In this document: positions 41,032 to 51,569 of the stretch, one piece after another
Layout of the letters: each line of letters begins with the position of its first letter
Position numbering within the stretch: position 1 is the first letter of the stretch
From: Patescibacteria group bacterium
GTDB lineage: Bacteria; Patescibacteriota; UBA1384; DATEAH01
Assembly (NCBI GenBank): GCA_035288465.1
Contig: DATEAH010000001.1
Location: 4,739 to 68,738, forward strand
Reading direction: 5' to 3'
DNA length: 64,000 nt
Translations under genes and position numbers: made by a program
The notes under the pieces: model-generated
The model's input: only the letters and a program-made list of their open reading frames with translations
Told to the model about the DNA's origin: nothing
The model's database searches: none

Positions 41032-42474
41032 ATGGATTTTAATAATAAAAACGTGACGGTGATGGGTTTGGGAACACATGGCGGTGGTGAAGGCTTGGTA
41101 AGATATTTGGCCAATCAAAAGGCAAAAGTGTTGGTAACTGATTTAAAAACTAAACTCGAGCTTAAACCGACATTAGATAAACTTGCTGATTTAAAAAATG
41201 TAGAATATCATTTAGGCGAACATCGTTGGTCAGATTTTAAAAATGCAAAAATGATTTTTATAAATCAAGCGATTCCGAAACATTCTTTATGGATAAAAAA
41301 GATTATTAAGGCTGAAATCCCAGTTTCGTCAGAAACTAATTTATTTTTTGAAAATTGCCCGGCACAAATTATTGGTGTGACAGGAACTAATGGAAAATCT
41401 ACGACTTGTCATTTAATTTTTGAAATTTTGAAAAATAAATATCAGCCAATATTTTCCTTAGATTCAAATCGGGAATATGGCTCTAAACAGAATCGAATTT
41501 ATTTTGGTGGCAATATTGGTGGTTCATTATTGGGGCATCTGGATAAAATTTCTAAAAATGATTTGGTTTTATTAGAGCTTTCGAGCTACCAACTTCAAGA
41601 TTTAGCCCAAATTAAAAAAAGTCCGCATATCTCAGTTATCTTAAATATCACCCCAGATCATTTAGATATTCACCGCAGTTTTGCAGATTATGTCGCCGCA
41701 AAAAGTAATATTTTAAAATTTCAAGGCCATCACGATTTTGCGATTTTAAATTTTGATCAGCCAATAATTAAAAAACTAGCCCAAAAAAATCTCAGCCACA
41801 ATTTATTTTTTAGTGCAAATGAAAAAAACTCAACTTCAAGTTATTTTGATCAAGGTCAATTAATGATTAAATTTATGAGCAAACAATATCAATTAGGATC
41901 TGTTAAGAATTTGAAAATGATTGGCAAACATAATTTAGAGAATATAATGGCGGCAAGTTTGGTGGGAATTTTATATCAAATTAAACCTGAAGAAATATAT
42001 CAATCACTAATAAAATTTCCAGGCCTTGAACATCGGATAGAATTTGTTGGCGAAAAACTAAATCGCAAATTTTACAATGATTCAAAATCCACCACTCCTG
42101 AATCAACAATCGCCGCTCTATATAGTTTTGATGAACCATTGATTTTAATTTGTGGTGGCAAAGATAAAAATTTTGATTTTTCTAAATTAGCCAAAACTAT
42201 TTTATGCAAAGTAAAGTTTTTAATTTTATTGGGTGAAAGTGCGACGCAAATAAAACGGGAGGTTGAAAAATATTTACGTCAGCCAAATTCAGTTTTAAAA
42301 AATATCATTGTTGCTAAAAATTTAAAAGAAGCCTTTGAAAAAGCAAACCAAATTTCGATTGCCAAAGATATAATTTTATTATCACCGGCATGTTCGAGTT
42401 TGGATCAATTTCATGATTTTGAGGAGCGAGGTAAATTATTTAAAAAATTGGTCGAGGAGATAAAAAATGATTAA
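41032..42474 (+). CDS. murD: UDP-MurNAc-L-Ala:D-Glu ligase
   Basis: GVTGTNGKST, GGNIG, ELSSYQL, DHLD, HRIE, NDSK.T, SPAC.S.DQF..FEERG. Confidence 0.96.
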   Translation: MDFNNKNVTVMGLGTHGGGEGLVRYLANQKAKVLVTDLKTKLELKPTLDKLADLKNVEYHLGEHRWSDFKNAKMIFINQAIPKHSLWIKKIIKAEIPVSSETNLFFENCPAQIIGVTGTNGKSTTCHLIFEILKNKYQPIFSLDSNREYGSKQNRIYFGGNIGGSLLGHLDKISKNDLVLLELSSYQLQDLAQIKKSPHISVILNITPDHLDIHRSFADYVAAKSNILKFQGHHDFAILNFDQPIIKKLAQKNLSHNLFFSANEKNSTSSYFDQGQLMIKFMSKQYQLGSVKNLKMIGKHNLENIMAASLVGILYQIKPEEIYQSLIKFPGLEHRIEFVGEKLNRKFYNDSKSTTPESTIAALYSFDEPLILICGGKDKNFDFSKLAKTILCKVKFLILLGESATQIKREVEKYLRQPNSVLKNIIVAKNLKEAFEKANQISIAKDIILLSPACSSLDQFHDFEERGKLFKKLVEEIKND

Positions 42475-43585
42475 TCATGCCCGCAAAAAACCAGATTTTT
42501 CTATTGCTCTCATTGTTTTTGGATTAGTGGTTTTAGGTTTGGTAATGATTACCTCAGCCTCAATTGTCAGATCATATCAAATCACCGAAGGAAAATCGAA
42601 TTATTATTTTTTGGTGAGGCAGCTATTGGCCTTTGGAATCGGGATTATTTTTTGGGTTATTTTTTATAATATTGATTTTAATTTTTGGAAGAAAGTATCA
42701 CCTTATCTATTTTCGATCAGTTTAATTTTATTGATGTTAGTTTTTTTTCCAACAATTGGTAAAAATATCGGCGGAGCGCATCGTTGGATTAATTTGGGGC
42801 CATTATCTTTTCAACCATCTGAAATTATGAAATTAGCCCTAATTTTATATTTTGCCGGTTGGCTTGATAAAAAAACCAGTGACGTGGCAAGTTTTTGGAA
42901 GACGTTTTTGCCTTTCGCCGCAATATTGACTTTGACCCTTTTTTTGGTAATGAGAGAACCTGATATGGGGACAGCGGTTATTTTGGCGGCAATTGGATTT
43001 GGGATTTATTTTATGGCTGGCGCCAAGCTTTGGCACCTTTCCTTATTTATTCCTATAATTGGTATTGTGGGATGGATATTAATTAAAAGTGAACCATATC
43101 GTTGGGCACGGGTGATTGCCTTTATTAACCCTGGCAAAGATGTTTTAGGAGTTTCGTACCATATCAACCAAACCTTAATTGCGATTGGTTCTGGTGGTTG
43201 GTGGGGTTTAGGCTTTGGAAATAGCCGACAAAAATATAATTATTTACCCGAGGCTCATACTGACTCTATCTACGCCATAATTTGTGAGGAGTTTGGGTTT
43301 TTGCGGGCAGTGTTGGTAATTTTAGCTTTTATCTTTTTTGCAATTCGGGGTTTGGCAATTGTTAAGAGAGCCCCAAATAATTATGGTCGATTATTGGCTT
43401 CAGGAATAATTATTTGGTTTGTAGGGCAAGCTTTTATTAATTTGGCGGTGATGCTGGGATTTTTACCTTTTACGGGTGTGCCTTTACCATTTATTAGTTT
43501 TGGAGGTACTTCTTTGGTAATTTCTCTGGCGGCAGTGGGAATTTTAATGAATATTTCCAAGCATACCGTCGAGAAAAAACATTAA
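42467..43585 (+). CDS. ftsW: SEDS protein FtsW
   Basis: RWI, FQPSE, EPDMGT, LPEAHTD, GVPLPFISFGG. Confidence 0.95.
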   Translation: MINHARKKPDFSIALIVFGLVVLGLVMITSASIVRSYQITEGKSNYYFLVRQLLAFGIGIIFWVIFYNIDFNFWKKVSPYLFSISLILLMLVFFPTIGKNIGGAHRWINLGPLSFQPSEIMKLALILYFAGWLDKKTSDVASFWKTFLPFAAILTLTLFLVMREPDMGTAVILAAIGFGIYFMAGAKLWHLSLFIPIIGIVGWILIKSEPYRWARVIAFINPGKDVLGVSYHINQTLIAIGSGGWWGLGFGNSRQKYNYLPEAHTDSIYAIICEEFGFLRAVLVILAFIFFAIRGLAIVKRAPNNYGRLLASGIIIWFVGQAFINLAVMLGFLPFTGVPLPFISFGGTSLVISLAAVGILMNISKHTVEKKH

Positions 43586-43600
43586 TTTAGGATTTATAAA

Positions 43601-44710
43601 ATGAAGGTTTTAAAGAAAATTGTTTTAACTGGCGGAGGGACCGCAGGTCATATTCGACCAACTTTAAGCGTGGCTGATGAAATTAAAAAAATTGATCCTG
43701 AGATTGAATTTATTTATATTGGTTTAAAATCGGGCATGGAAGCTAAGATTGTCTCAGGGACTGATTTTAAATTTTATGGAATTCATGCCGGAAAAATTAA
43801 AAGATATTGGTCCGGAAGTAATTTTCTAACACCTTTAGTGGTGATTTTGGGTTTTTTCGAATCTCTTTCGATTTTACTTCGAGAAAAGCCTCAAGCAATT
43901 TTTGCTAAAGGCGGATATGTAACCGTGCCGGTAGCAATGGCTGGCTGGTTTTTAAAAATTCCGATTTTAATTCATGAATCAGATAGTGTGATGGGTTTGT
44001 CAAATAAATTTCTGTCCAGATTGGCAAAAAAAGTTGCCACCGTCTTTCCAGCTTCGAGTTATTCTAAAAAAATTCAACCAAAAATTATTTGGTCAGGGTT
44101 ACCAATTAAAAAAGAAATCTTGAATTTACAAAAAAATAAAGCATATCAAATTTTTGGGCTATCCGACCAAATACCGATTACTTTAGTTTTTGGGGGTAGT
44201 CAAGGATCTTTTCGAATTAATGAATTAATATTGAAAAATTTGAAAAAATTATTAAGCATTACTCAGATTTTGCATTTTACGGGAGTGGAAGATTTTGAAA
44301 GGGTGAATCAGAAAAGAAAACGATTAGCCACAGAATTAAAAGAACGATATCAAATTTTTGATTTTTCCGAAGAAATTTATTATGGTTTAAAAGCAGCCAA
44401 TTTAGTGATTGCGCGAGCCGGTGCTTCATCTTTATCGGAAATATCTGCATTCGGCAAAGCCTCAATTATTATTCCTTTGCCAACCTCGGCGGCAAACCAT
44501 CAAGTATCAAATGCCGAAATTTATCGTGAGGCAAAAGCGGCCGTAGTTCTCAAAGAAGAAAATTTAAGCGCCAATTCATTTTTAAAGAAAGTCCAAAGTT
44601 TGATTTCTCGACCATTTTTATTAGAACAATTAGGCAAAAATGCAAATTCATTATATAAAGCCAATGCCGCCACGACGATTGCTAAAAACGTGCTCGATCT
44701 CATTAAATAA
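43601..44710 (+). CDS. murG: MurG glycosyltransferase
   Basis: GGGTAGH, KGGYV, HESD, GGSQG, RAGA, HQ..NA. Confidence 0.96.
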   Translation: MKVLKKIVLTGGGTAGHIRPTLSVADEIKKIDPEIEFIYIGLKSGMEAKIVSGTDFKFYGIHAGKIKRYWSGSNFLTPLVVILGFFESLSILLREKPQAIFAKGGYVTVPVAMAGWFLKIPILIHESDSVMGLSNKFLSRLAKKVATVFPASSYSKKIQPKIIWSGLPIKKEILNLQKNKAYQIFGLSDQIPITLVFGGSQGSFRINELILKNLKKLLSITQILHFTGVEDFERVNQKRKRLATELKERYQIFDFSEEIYYGLKAANLVIARAGASSLSEISAFGKASIIIPLPTSAANHQVSNAEIYREAKAAVVLKEENLSANSFLKKVQSLISRPFLLEQLGKNANSLYKANAATTIAKNVLDLIK

Positions 44711-44753
44711 AACCTAAAAATGTGCTATAATTTGAGCAGAAGGAGTTTTTAAA

Positions 44754-46064
44754 ATGCGCTATTTTTTAATTGGGATTGGAGGCATTTCGATGTCTGCCAT
44801 TGCCAAATATTTAATTTTGAGAGGCGAACAGGTTTCAGGTTCGGATATTCGAGAAAACAATGAAATTAAGAATCTTGAAAAAATGGGTGCAAATATTGTA
44901 ATTGGTCAAAAACCGGCAAATATTACTAATAATATTGACGAAGTGATTTTTACTTCAGCGATTACTCCAAATTCTGTGGGGCACACAGAGTTACAAAGAG
45001 CTAAGAAAATGAAAATCCCTACCTACAAGCGTTCAGTTTTTTTAGGCAAACTAATATCAGACAACTTTGGTATTACTGTTTCCGGAATGCACGGCAAAAC
45101 CACTACCACCGCAATGCTGGGTTTTGTTTTGAAAAAATTAAACCAAAATCCAACAGTTTTTGTGGGTGGGGAATTTAGACCTTTTTCAAATTCAAATTTA
45201 GAATTTAATAAAAAGTCAAAATATTTTATTACTGAAGGTTGTGAATATGACCGAAGTTTTTTGGATTTTCAAAATCTGGCCGCAATTATTTTAAATATTG
45301 AACCTGAACATTTAGATTATTTTCAGGGGGGATTGCCGGAAATTTTAAAAACTTTTCGTATATTCCTATCCAAAATACCAAAAACCGGTTTTGCGGTTTT
45401 GTGCTGGGATAATGAAAATGTTAGAAAAATGGCCAACTCCGCTAAATGTGAAATTATAAAATATTCAAAAAAAGATTTATCTAAGTACAATTTACATTTA
45501 CAAATTCCAGGTGAACATAATTTAATGAATGCCTTGGCGGTCATTAAAGTTGTTGAAAAATTAGGTTTATCGGTTTCGGAAGCTGAAAAAATTTTATCTG
45601 AATTTCCTGGAGTAGGTCGTAGATTTGAACATTTGGGGAAAATTGGTAAAACTGATTTTATTGATGATTATGCACATCATCCTACAGAAATTGCGGCAAC
45701 CCTGAAAGTGGTTGAGCAGAAATATTCTGGAAAAAAAGTTTTAGTAATTTTTCAACCCCATCAGTATTCGCGAACCCGTTTATTATTTGATGATTTTGTG
45801 AAAATTTTTTCTGGTGTCGAAAATTTAGCGATTATGTCGGTTTATGAGGTGGTCGGTCGTGAAGAAGATAAGAGCGTTGGTGTTCAAGAATTAGCTGGGG
45901 CAATTTCTAAGTCATCAGCGAGAAAAATTCAGGTTTTTCGCGATCAAAAAGAGGTATTAAAATATTTAGTGCAAAATTATCAAAAATATGATCTAGTTGT
46001 CACCATGGGTGCGGGAATATTAGACTTGGTCGCTAAAAAGTTTATCGCCCAACATCAGATTTAA
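44754..46064 (+). CDS. murC: UDP-MurNAc:L-Ala ligase
   Basis: GIGGISMS, GMHGKTTTT, DDYAHHPTEI, FQPHQYSRT. Confidence 0.96.
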   Translation: MRYFLIGIGGISMSAIAKYLILRGEQVSGSDIRENNEIKNLEKMGANIVIGQKPANITNNIDEVIFTSAITPNSVGHTELQRAKKMKIPTYKRSVFLGKLISDNFGITVSGMHGKTTTTAMLGFVLKKLNQNPTVFVGGEFRPFSNSNLEFNKKSKYFITEGCEYDRSFLDFQNLAAIILNIEPEHLDYFQGGLPEILKTFRIFLSKIPKTGFAVLCWDNENVRKMANSAKCEIIKYSKKDLSKYNLHLQIPGEHNLMNALAVIKVVEKLGLSVSEAEKILSEFPGVGRRFEHLGKIGKTDFIDDYAHHPTEIAATLKVVEQKYSGKKVLVIFQPHQYSRTRLLFDDFVKIFSGVENLAIMSVYEVVGREEDKSVGVQELAGAISKSSARKIQVFRDQKEVLKYLVQNYQKYDLVVTMGAGILDLVAKKFIAQHQI

Positions 46065-46097
46065 TCAATTTAAATAAATATCATTTTTAGGAAAATT

Positions 46098-47117
46098 ATG
46101 GAAATTAAATCATTATTAAAAGAAAAATTAGGTTCAAAATTAAAATTCAAAGAACCAATGCGCAAACATACTACCATCAAAATTGGGGGGCCGGCCGAAT
46201 ATTTTTATCATACCCCGGATTCTAATGAATTAATTGCGGCCGTAAAATTTGCCCACGAAAAAGAAATACCCTATTTGGTGATTGGTGAAGGTAGCAATAT
46301 TTTGGTTTCTGATGCGGGTTTTGAGGGCTTGATTATTAAAAATGAAACCGCTAAATTGGTTTTTGGCCAGAATTCAGCTTTTGCCGAATCTGGGATTTTA
46401 CTTTTAAATTTAATTAGACGGTTAGCTGAATCAAACTTGGGTGGTTTAGAATTTTTAAGCGGGATTCCTGGGACTTTAGGCGGAGGAATTTACGGAAACG
46501 CTGGTGCATATGGAAAATGTTTAGCTGATGTGGTTGAAAGCGTGACGATTTTAGATTCAGATGGAGAGATTAAACAAATTGACAATAAGGATTTTGGTTT
46601 TAAATACCGCCAGTCGATATTAAAATCTCGTGCTAGTTTGAGCTCGAATAATTTCAAAAGACCGGTGATATTATCGGCTCGGATTAAGATAAAATCGCAA
46701 AGTCGCGAAGGGGTTTTAAGGGTTGTAGATAATTATTTAAGGATGCGATCAAAAAAAATTCCCTTAGAATCATCAGCCGGTTGTGTATTTAAAAATATCG
46801 AAACAGCACATCATCAAGTAGATCCGAGCATGCAAATGGTTGCCATTGAGGGTAAAATTCCCGCCGCACTTTTAATTGATAAAGCCGGAGCAAAAAAAGA
46901 GCGTTGTGGAAAATTAATAATTTCACCAAAGCATACTAACTTTATTATTAATCGAGGTGGGGGGAAGGCTCGGGATTTTGTAGCGTTAGTCAAGAACGTA
47001 CAGCAAAAAATTAAAGAGAAATTTAATCTTGAGCTTGAAGAAGAAATTGAATTTCTAGGCAATATGGAAGTTAAAAAAAGTGGACTATTCTCTAAATTTA
47101 TCAAAAATAGGATTTAA
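46098..47117 (+). CDS. murB: UDP-N-acetylenolpyruvoylglucosamine reductase
   Basis: HTT.KIGGPA, GSNIL, GIPGTLGG, NAGAYG, SAGCVFKN, H.NFIIN. Confidence 0.95.
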   Translation: MEIKSLLKEKLGSKLKFKEPMRKHTTIKIGGPAEYFYHTPDSNELIAAVKFAHEKEIPYLVIGEGSNILVSDAGFEGLIIKNETAKLVFGQNSAFAESGILLLNLIRRLAESNLGGLEFLSGIPGTLGGGIYGNAGAYGKCLADVVESVTILDSDGEIKQIDNKDFGFKYRQSILKSRASLSSNNFKRPVILSARIKIKSQSREGVLRVVDNYLRMRSKKIPLESSAGCVFKNIETAHHQVDPSMQMVAIEGKIPAALLIDKAGAKKERCGKLIISPKHTNFIINRGGGKARDFVALVKNVQQKIKEKFNLELEEEIEFLGNMEVKKSGLFSKFIKNRI

Positions 47118-47882
47118 ATGAGACGAGTTTATCACAATCCAAAAGTTTATACGTATAGACCAGCGAAAACCCGAGAACCTGTTGAGGTTTCACCAAAAAT
47201 TATCTGGTTTTTGTTATTGGGGATTCTGATTGTTGGATTAGTATATTTCTTTTTGTTTTCATCTTATTTTAAAATTAAAAATATTTATATCGAAGGGGCG
47301 GATCTTTTTGAGCCACAAATTTCGGAAATTGTTCATCAAAAAATAACGCAGCGGGATAATGTTTTTCTTTTTCCAAATAACGAAACACAACTGGAAATTT
47401 CCCAAAAATATCCAATTTTTAAAAAAATCGCAATTTATAAAGGAATTCCTGACGCGCTTAAAATTGTCTTGGAAAGAAGGGAAGCTAAATTGATAGTGAA
47501 ATTTAATGCTAATGATTATCTCGTTGATAGTGACGGGGTGACTTTTAAAATGGAGAAAAATCCTGAAAATTTACCGCAAATCGAGATCAATCGAGATACT
47601 AAACTTGGTGATAAAATTTTTACCCAAGATTTTGTGGGTTTTGTGAAGGATTTATGGACCAAATTTCCAAAAGAAACTGGTTTAAGCATTAAAAAAGTTT
47701 TAATTCCCGAAACTGATTTTGTGGTAGAAATTTATCCTGAAGCTAACTGGAAAGCAATTTTTGATAGCACTAAAAGTGTTGACAAGCAACTTTCGAATTT
47801 GAAATTATTATTACCAGAGATTCAAGGTCAAAAAATAGAATATATTGATTTAAGACTTGAAGAAAAAATTTATTATAAATAA
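47118..47882 (+). CDS. ftsQ: cell division protein FtsQ/DivIB
   Basis: TM plus POTRA-like region, C-terminal EYIDLR....YYK. Confidence 0.85.
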   Translation: MRRVYHNPKVYTYRPAKTREPVEVSPKIIWFLLLGILIVGLVYFFLFSSYFKIKNIYIEGADLFEPQISEIVHQKITQRDNVFLFPNNETQLEISQKYPIFKKIAIYKGIPDALKIVLERREAKLIVKFNANDYLVDSDGVTFKMEKNPENLPQIEINRDTKLGDKIFTQDFVGFVKDLWTKFPKETGLSIKKVLIPETDFVVEIYPEANWKAIFDSTKSVDKQLSNLKLLLPEIQGQKIEYIDLRLEEKIYYK

Positions 47883-47883
47883 A

Positions 47884-49170
47884 ATGGCAAAAAATAGTTT
47901 AGTTTATGTTTGTGAGAATTGCGGTACCGAATTTTTAAAATGGCAAGGCAAGTGCTCGAATTGTGGTAACTGGAATAGCTTGGTTGAATATAAGCCAGCC
48001 ACCATTAAAGCCTCGGGTGGTAAAGCGCAAGCGGCAACGCCAATTGAATTTTCGGAAATTAAAATTGATGATGCACATCGATTTGGTTCAGGTTTTGGTG
48101 AAATCGATCGAGTTTTGGGTGGTGGAATTGTGGCCGGATCCGTCATTTTAATTGGCGGAGAACCAGGCATTGGCAAATCAACCCTGTTAATGCAGGTGGC
48201 GGGTAAGATTGATCAGGTTTTGTATGTTTCGGGCGAAGAATCAGCATCACAGTTAAAATTAAGAGCAAATCGACTTGGCACTAAAAACACCGGACAATTA
48301 TTAGTTGAAACAGATGTGAATGTAGTGGCGGCGACAATCGAAAAAGTTAAACCCAAATTAGTGATTATTGATTCTATCCAAGCTATGTTTGATGAATCAT
48401 ATCCCTCAACTGCTGGATCTTTGGTGCAAGTTAGGGAAACTGCTTTAAAATTACAACGCTTAGCAAAAAGTATTTTAGTGCCAATAGTTTTGGTTGGTCA
48501 TGTGACGAAAGAGGGAACCGTGGCTGGACCGAAGACTCTGGAGCATTTGGTAGATGTAGTTTTGTATTTGGAAGGCGAGCGATATCATGAAAATCGAATT
48601 TTAAGAACGGTGAAAAATCGTTATGGTGCCACCGATGAAATCGGCATTTTCCAAATAGTAGAAAAGGGTTTGGTGGAAGTTAAAAATCCGTCCCAGTTTT
48701 TTTTGAAAGAACGATTGGCAGTACCAGGTTCAGCGGTCACCGCGACTATTGAGGGAACGAGACCGTTGTTGGTGGAAATTCAAGCTTTAACCACGACCAC
48801 GGTTTTTGGCTATCCGCGGCGGACAGCGAGCGGTTTTGATTTAAATCGTTTACAGTTATTGATTGCGGTTTTAATTAAACGAGCGGGTTTGCAATTGGCT
48901 AGCCAAGATGTTTATATTAATGTAATTGGTGGGGTAAAATTAAGAGAACCGGCGTGTGATTTGGCGGTCGCGGTGGCGATTGCGTCTGCATTTAAAAATT
49001 ACAAAATTAAAGACAATTATTGTTTATTTGGTGAATTGGGATTATCTGGTGAAATTAGACCCGCTTTAGCCTTCGAAAAACGCGCCAAAGAAGCCGGTCG
49101 TTTGGGATTCAACAAGGTGGCTGAAAATAAAATTATTAATAAAGTTTTAGCAGAGGTATTGGAGAAGTAA
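47884..49170 (+). CDS. radA: DNA repair protein RadA/Sms
   Basis: C4 zinc finger, GEPGIGKST, KNRYG, Lon-like C-terminus. Confidence 0.97.
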   Translation: MAKNSLVYVCENCGTEFLKWQGKCSNCGNWNSLVEYKPATIKASGGKAQAATPIEFSEIKIDDAHRFGSGFGEIDRVLGGGIVAGSVILIGGEPGIGKSTLLMQVAGKIDQVLYVSGEESASQLKLRANRLGTKNTGQLLVETDVNVVAATIEKVKPKLVIIDSIQAMFDESYPSTAGSLVQVRETALKLQRLAKSILVPIVLVGHVTKEGTVAGPKTLEHLVDVVLYLEGERYHENRILRTVKNRYGATDEIGIFQIVEKGLVEVKNPSQFFLKERLAVPGSAVTATIEGTRPLLVEIQALTTTTVFGYPRRTASGFDLNRLQLLIAVLIKRAGLQLASQDVYINVIGGVKLREPACDLAVAVAIASAFKNYKIKDNYCLFGELGLSGEIRPALAFEKRAKEAGRLGFNKVAENKIINKVLAEVLEK

Positions 49171-49512
49171 ATGGGAATAATTGTTGAATTTAATCCTGAT
49201 TTGGCCTTGCGTGATTGGTCTGAATTTCAAAAAAAGAGGCGGAAAAAACAAGAATGTATTCCGCAAAAATTACAAACCGGAAAGATTTATGATTTTTTAA
49301 AAAAAGGACATCGAAATTATTGGTTAATGGGTGAGTGCCCGTTAGTAAAAATTAAAGGTCAAGGAAATTTATCCAGGCCGATTGCAAGCATTATTATTTT
49401 AGAAGCGACTCATTTGCTAATTAAAAATGAGCCATACACAAAAGGAAAATATAAAGTTATTGAAATATTTGATGACGATCAAATCCATTTTGATGGTTTT
49501 ACAAAAATATAA
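49171..49512 (+). CDS. hypothetical protein
   Basis: 113 aa ORF abutting the radA stop. Confidence 0.7.
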   Translation: MGIIVEFNPDLALRDWSEFQKKRRKKQECIPQKLQTGKIYDFLKKGHRNYWLMGECPLVKIKGQGNLSRPIASIIILEATHLLIKNEPYTKGKYKVIEIFDDDQIHFDGFTKI

Positions 49513-49535
49513 ATCAAATTTTAAGGAACAATAAA

Positions 49536-49868
49536 ATGAGAAAAGTTTATAATAAATTAATTAGGGATAAAATTCCAGAAATTATTGTGGCGGCAGGTGA
49601 AGACCCAAAAATTAAAAAATTAAATAAAAAAGAATTTAATATTGAATTATCAAAAAAAGTTTTGGAAGAGGCAAAGGAATTAACAATTGCGAAAACGAAA
49701 AAAGATATTTTGAGTGAAGTTGTTGATATTCAAGAGCTTTTGGATTGGATAATCAAAGAGCAAAAATTAAATCGTTCTAAGATTAAAAAATTTCAGAAAG
49801 AAAAAAATATAAAACGCGGCAGTTTTAAAAAACAGTTATTTTTAGAATATACAATAGTAAAAAAATAG
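49536..49868 (+). CDS. MazG-like/PRA-PH nucleotide pyrophosphohydrolase
   Basis: YNKLIRDKIPEII, K..EE..E, E..D..E, K...RG.F. Confidence 0.8.
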   Translation: MRKVYNKLIRDKIPEIIVAAGEDPKIKKLNKKEFNIELSKKVLEEAKELTIAKTKKDILSEVVDIQELLDWIIKEQKLNRSKIKKFQKEKNIKRGSFKKQLFLEYTIVKK

Positions 49869-49983
49869 TTTTTACTTTAAGCGGATTTTAGTTGACATTG
49901 GTATTATTTACGATTATAATAATGACAGCGTGGATGATCCTAATCTACAGAACCCGAACATGATCGAGAAGGGGTGATAGGAA

Positions 49984-50451
49984 ATGTTGCCGTTGCCAAT
50001 CTGGTTCCGAGAAGCTTGTGTGGCGATTAATCTTATAGGTATCTGGTATTTTATTGTGGGTAGGAAATTTCTTATTGGTAAATTGGATCGGAATCAAACT
50101 TATTCTAAAATGATGATTTTTCTAAGTTTTGCTTTGATGTTGCTTGGTGTGGGAATGATGTTGGCTGCACTTGTTAACCCACAGACTAATCTCGCGACTG
50201 TTATCGATATTGTCGGCATAATCCTTACGGTTTTCGTTTTCGCAAACCTGTATTATGCGCATCATCAAGTTTATATGTATTACCGCTACACCGGGATAAA
50301 GGAAGCTGTAAAGATGGAATTGATAAATTCGGGAACTGCTCGGAAATATCAGCAAGATATGTATTCGATATTTTGGTGGTTTAAGGTCGTTTGGCCCATT
50401 ATTAAAGAAGATCGCAAGAAATATGTTCATCTACAATACAAAGATTTGTAG
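49984..50451 (+). CDS. hypothetical membrane protein
   Basis: Three TM segments, own promoter TTGACA..TATAAT near 49892-49920, terminator near 50504-50534. Confidence 0.65.
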   Translation: MLPLPIWFREACVAINLIGIWYFIVGRKFLIGKLDRNQTYSKMMIFLSFALMLLGVGMMLAALVNPQTNLATVIDIVGIILTVFVFANLYYAHHQVYMYYRYTGIKEAVKMELINSGTARKYQQDMYSIFWWFKVVWPIIKEDRKKYVHLQYKDL

Positions 50452-50657
50452 TATTTCTCCCAGCGCTTCATCTAATTATCCACACCTTTTTTGTTCCCAG
50501 TTCGGGACGAGGACAGATTTCTTCGTCCCTTTTTAATTTGTTAAATTTTTTTAATAGGTTTTAATTACTATTGTTCTAATTTGAAAAATATGAGATAATA
50601 TTATCAGAGTAAAATACCAAATTATTTACTCTTATATTAATTTTAGAAAGGAAAATA

Positions 50658-51536
50658 ATGCAATTTGATCCCGCGAGTTTAGGAATTATTATTGTCGGTG
50701 CGTCTTTATTTTATTTTTTAGGTCGTCGAAGTTTAGCGGTCTTATCTGCTCAGAATGTTCAAGAAAATAAAATTATCGTTGATACGTCGTCATTAATCGA
50801 TGGCCGAATTTTAGAAGTGGCAAAAACTGGTTTTTTAACCGGTAAATTAATCATTTATAGTTTTATCTTATCTGAGCTCCAAAATATTGCCGATTCATCT
50901 GATCCCTTGCGTCGCGCTAAGGGACGTCGGGGATTGAGAATTTTAAAGAGTTTACAAAAGCTGCCTTTTTTTGAGGTTAAAATTGTCGAATCTGAGATCG
51001 AAGATGTTTCTGGAATTGACGCAAAGTTAGTTGAAAAAGCTAAGGAAATCGAAGGTAAAATATTAACCACTGATTATAATTTAAATGAAGTGGCGAAGAT
51101 TCAAAGTGTCATAATTTTAAATATTAATGAATTATCTAATGCAATTAAACCAGTGTTATTGCCTGGAGAAGAAACTGAAGTAAAAGTTGTTCAGAAAGGC
51201 AAAGAACACGGTCAGGGCGTCGGTTATTTAGAAGATGGCACGATGATTGTGGTTGAAGATGGTGAGAAGTTTTTGGGTCGTAAGGTCCATTGTGAGGTTT
51301 CGCGAATTTTTCAAACTGATGCGGGCCGGATGATTTTTGTCAAACCCAAAGAATTGCCAAAGCGAAATTTTGTTAGCAAACAATTTTCAAATATTTTTCG
51401 TCGACCTCAGTTTTTTAGCCCTCGTCCTAAAAATAATCCATATCATAAAAATAATTACAACCATAAAAAAAATAATCCAAACAACAACAATAACAATAAC
51501 AATAATAATAATAATAATCAATATCGTTCTAATTAA
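50658..51536 (+). CDS. PIN/TRAM domain protein (YacL-like)
   Basis: VDTSSLIDGR, ELQNIADS, GRRGL, TTDYNL, QGVGYLEDGTMIVVE. Confidence 0.92.
   Translation: MQFDPASLGIIIVGASLFYFLGRRSLAVLSAQNVQENKIIVDTSSLIDGRILEVAKTGFLTGKLIIYSFILSELQNIADSSDPLRRAKGRRGLRILKSLQKLPFFEVKIVESEIEDVSGIDAKLVEKAKEIEGKILTTDYNLNEVAKIQSVIILNINELSNAIKPVLLPGEETEVKVVQKGKEHGQGVGYLEDGTMIVVEDGEKFLGRKVHCEVSRIFQTDAGRMIFVKPKELPKRNFVSKQFSNIFRRPQFFSPRPKNNPYHKNNYNHKKNNPNNNNNNNNNNNNNQYRSN
51479..51518 (+). repeat. (AAC/AAT)n trinucleotide repeat encoding poly-Asn
   Basis: 13 consecutive Asn codons near the C-terminus. Confidence 0.9.
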
Positions 51537-51569
51537 TTTGTTGAAAATATTAAATTTTAGAGAACTAAG

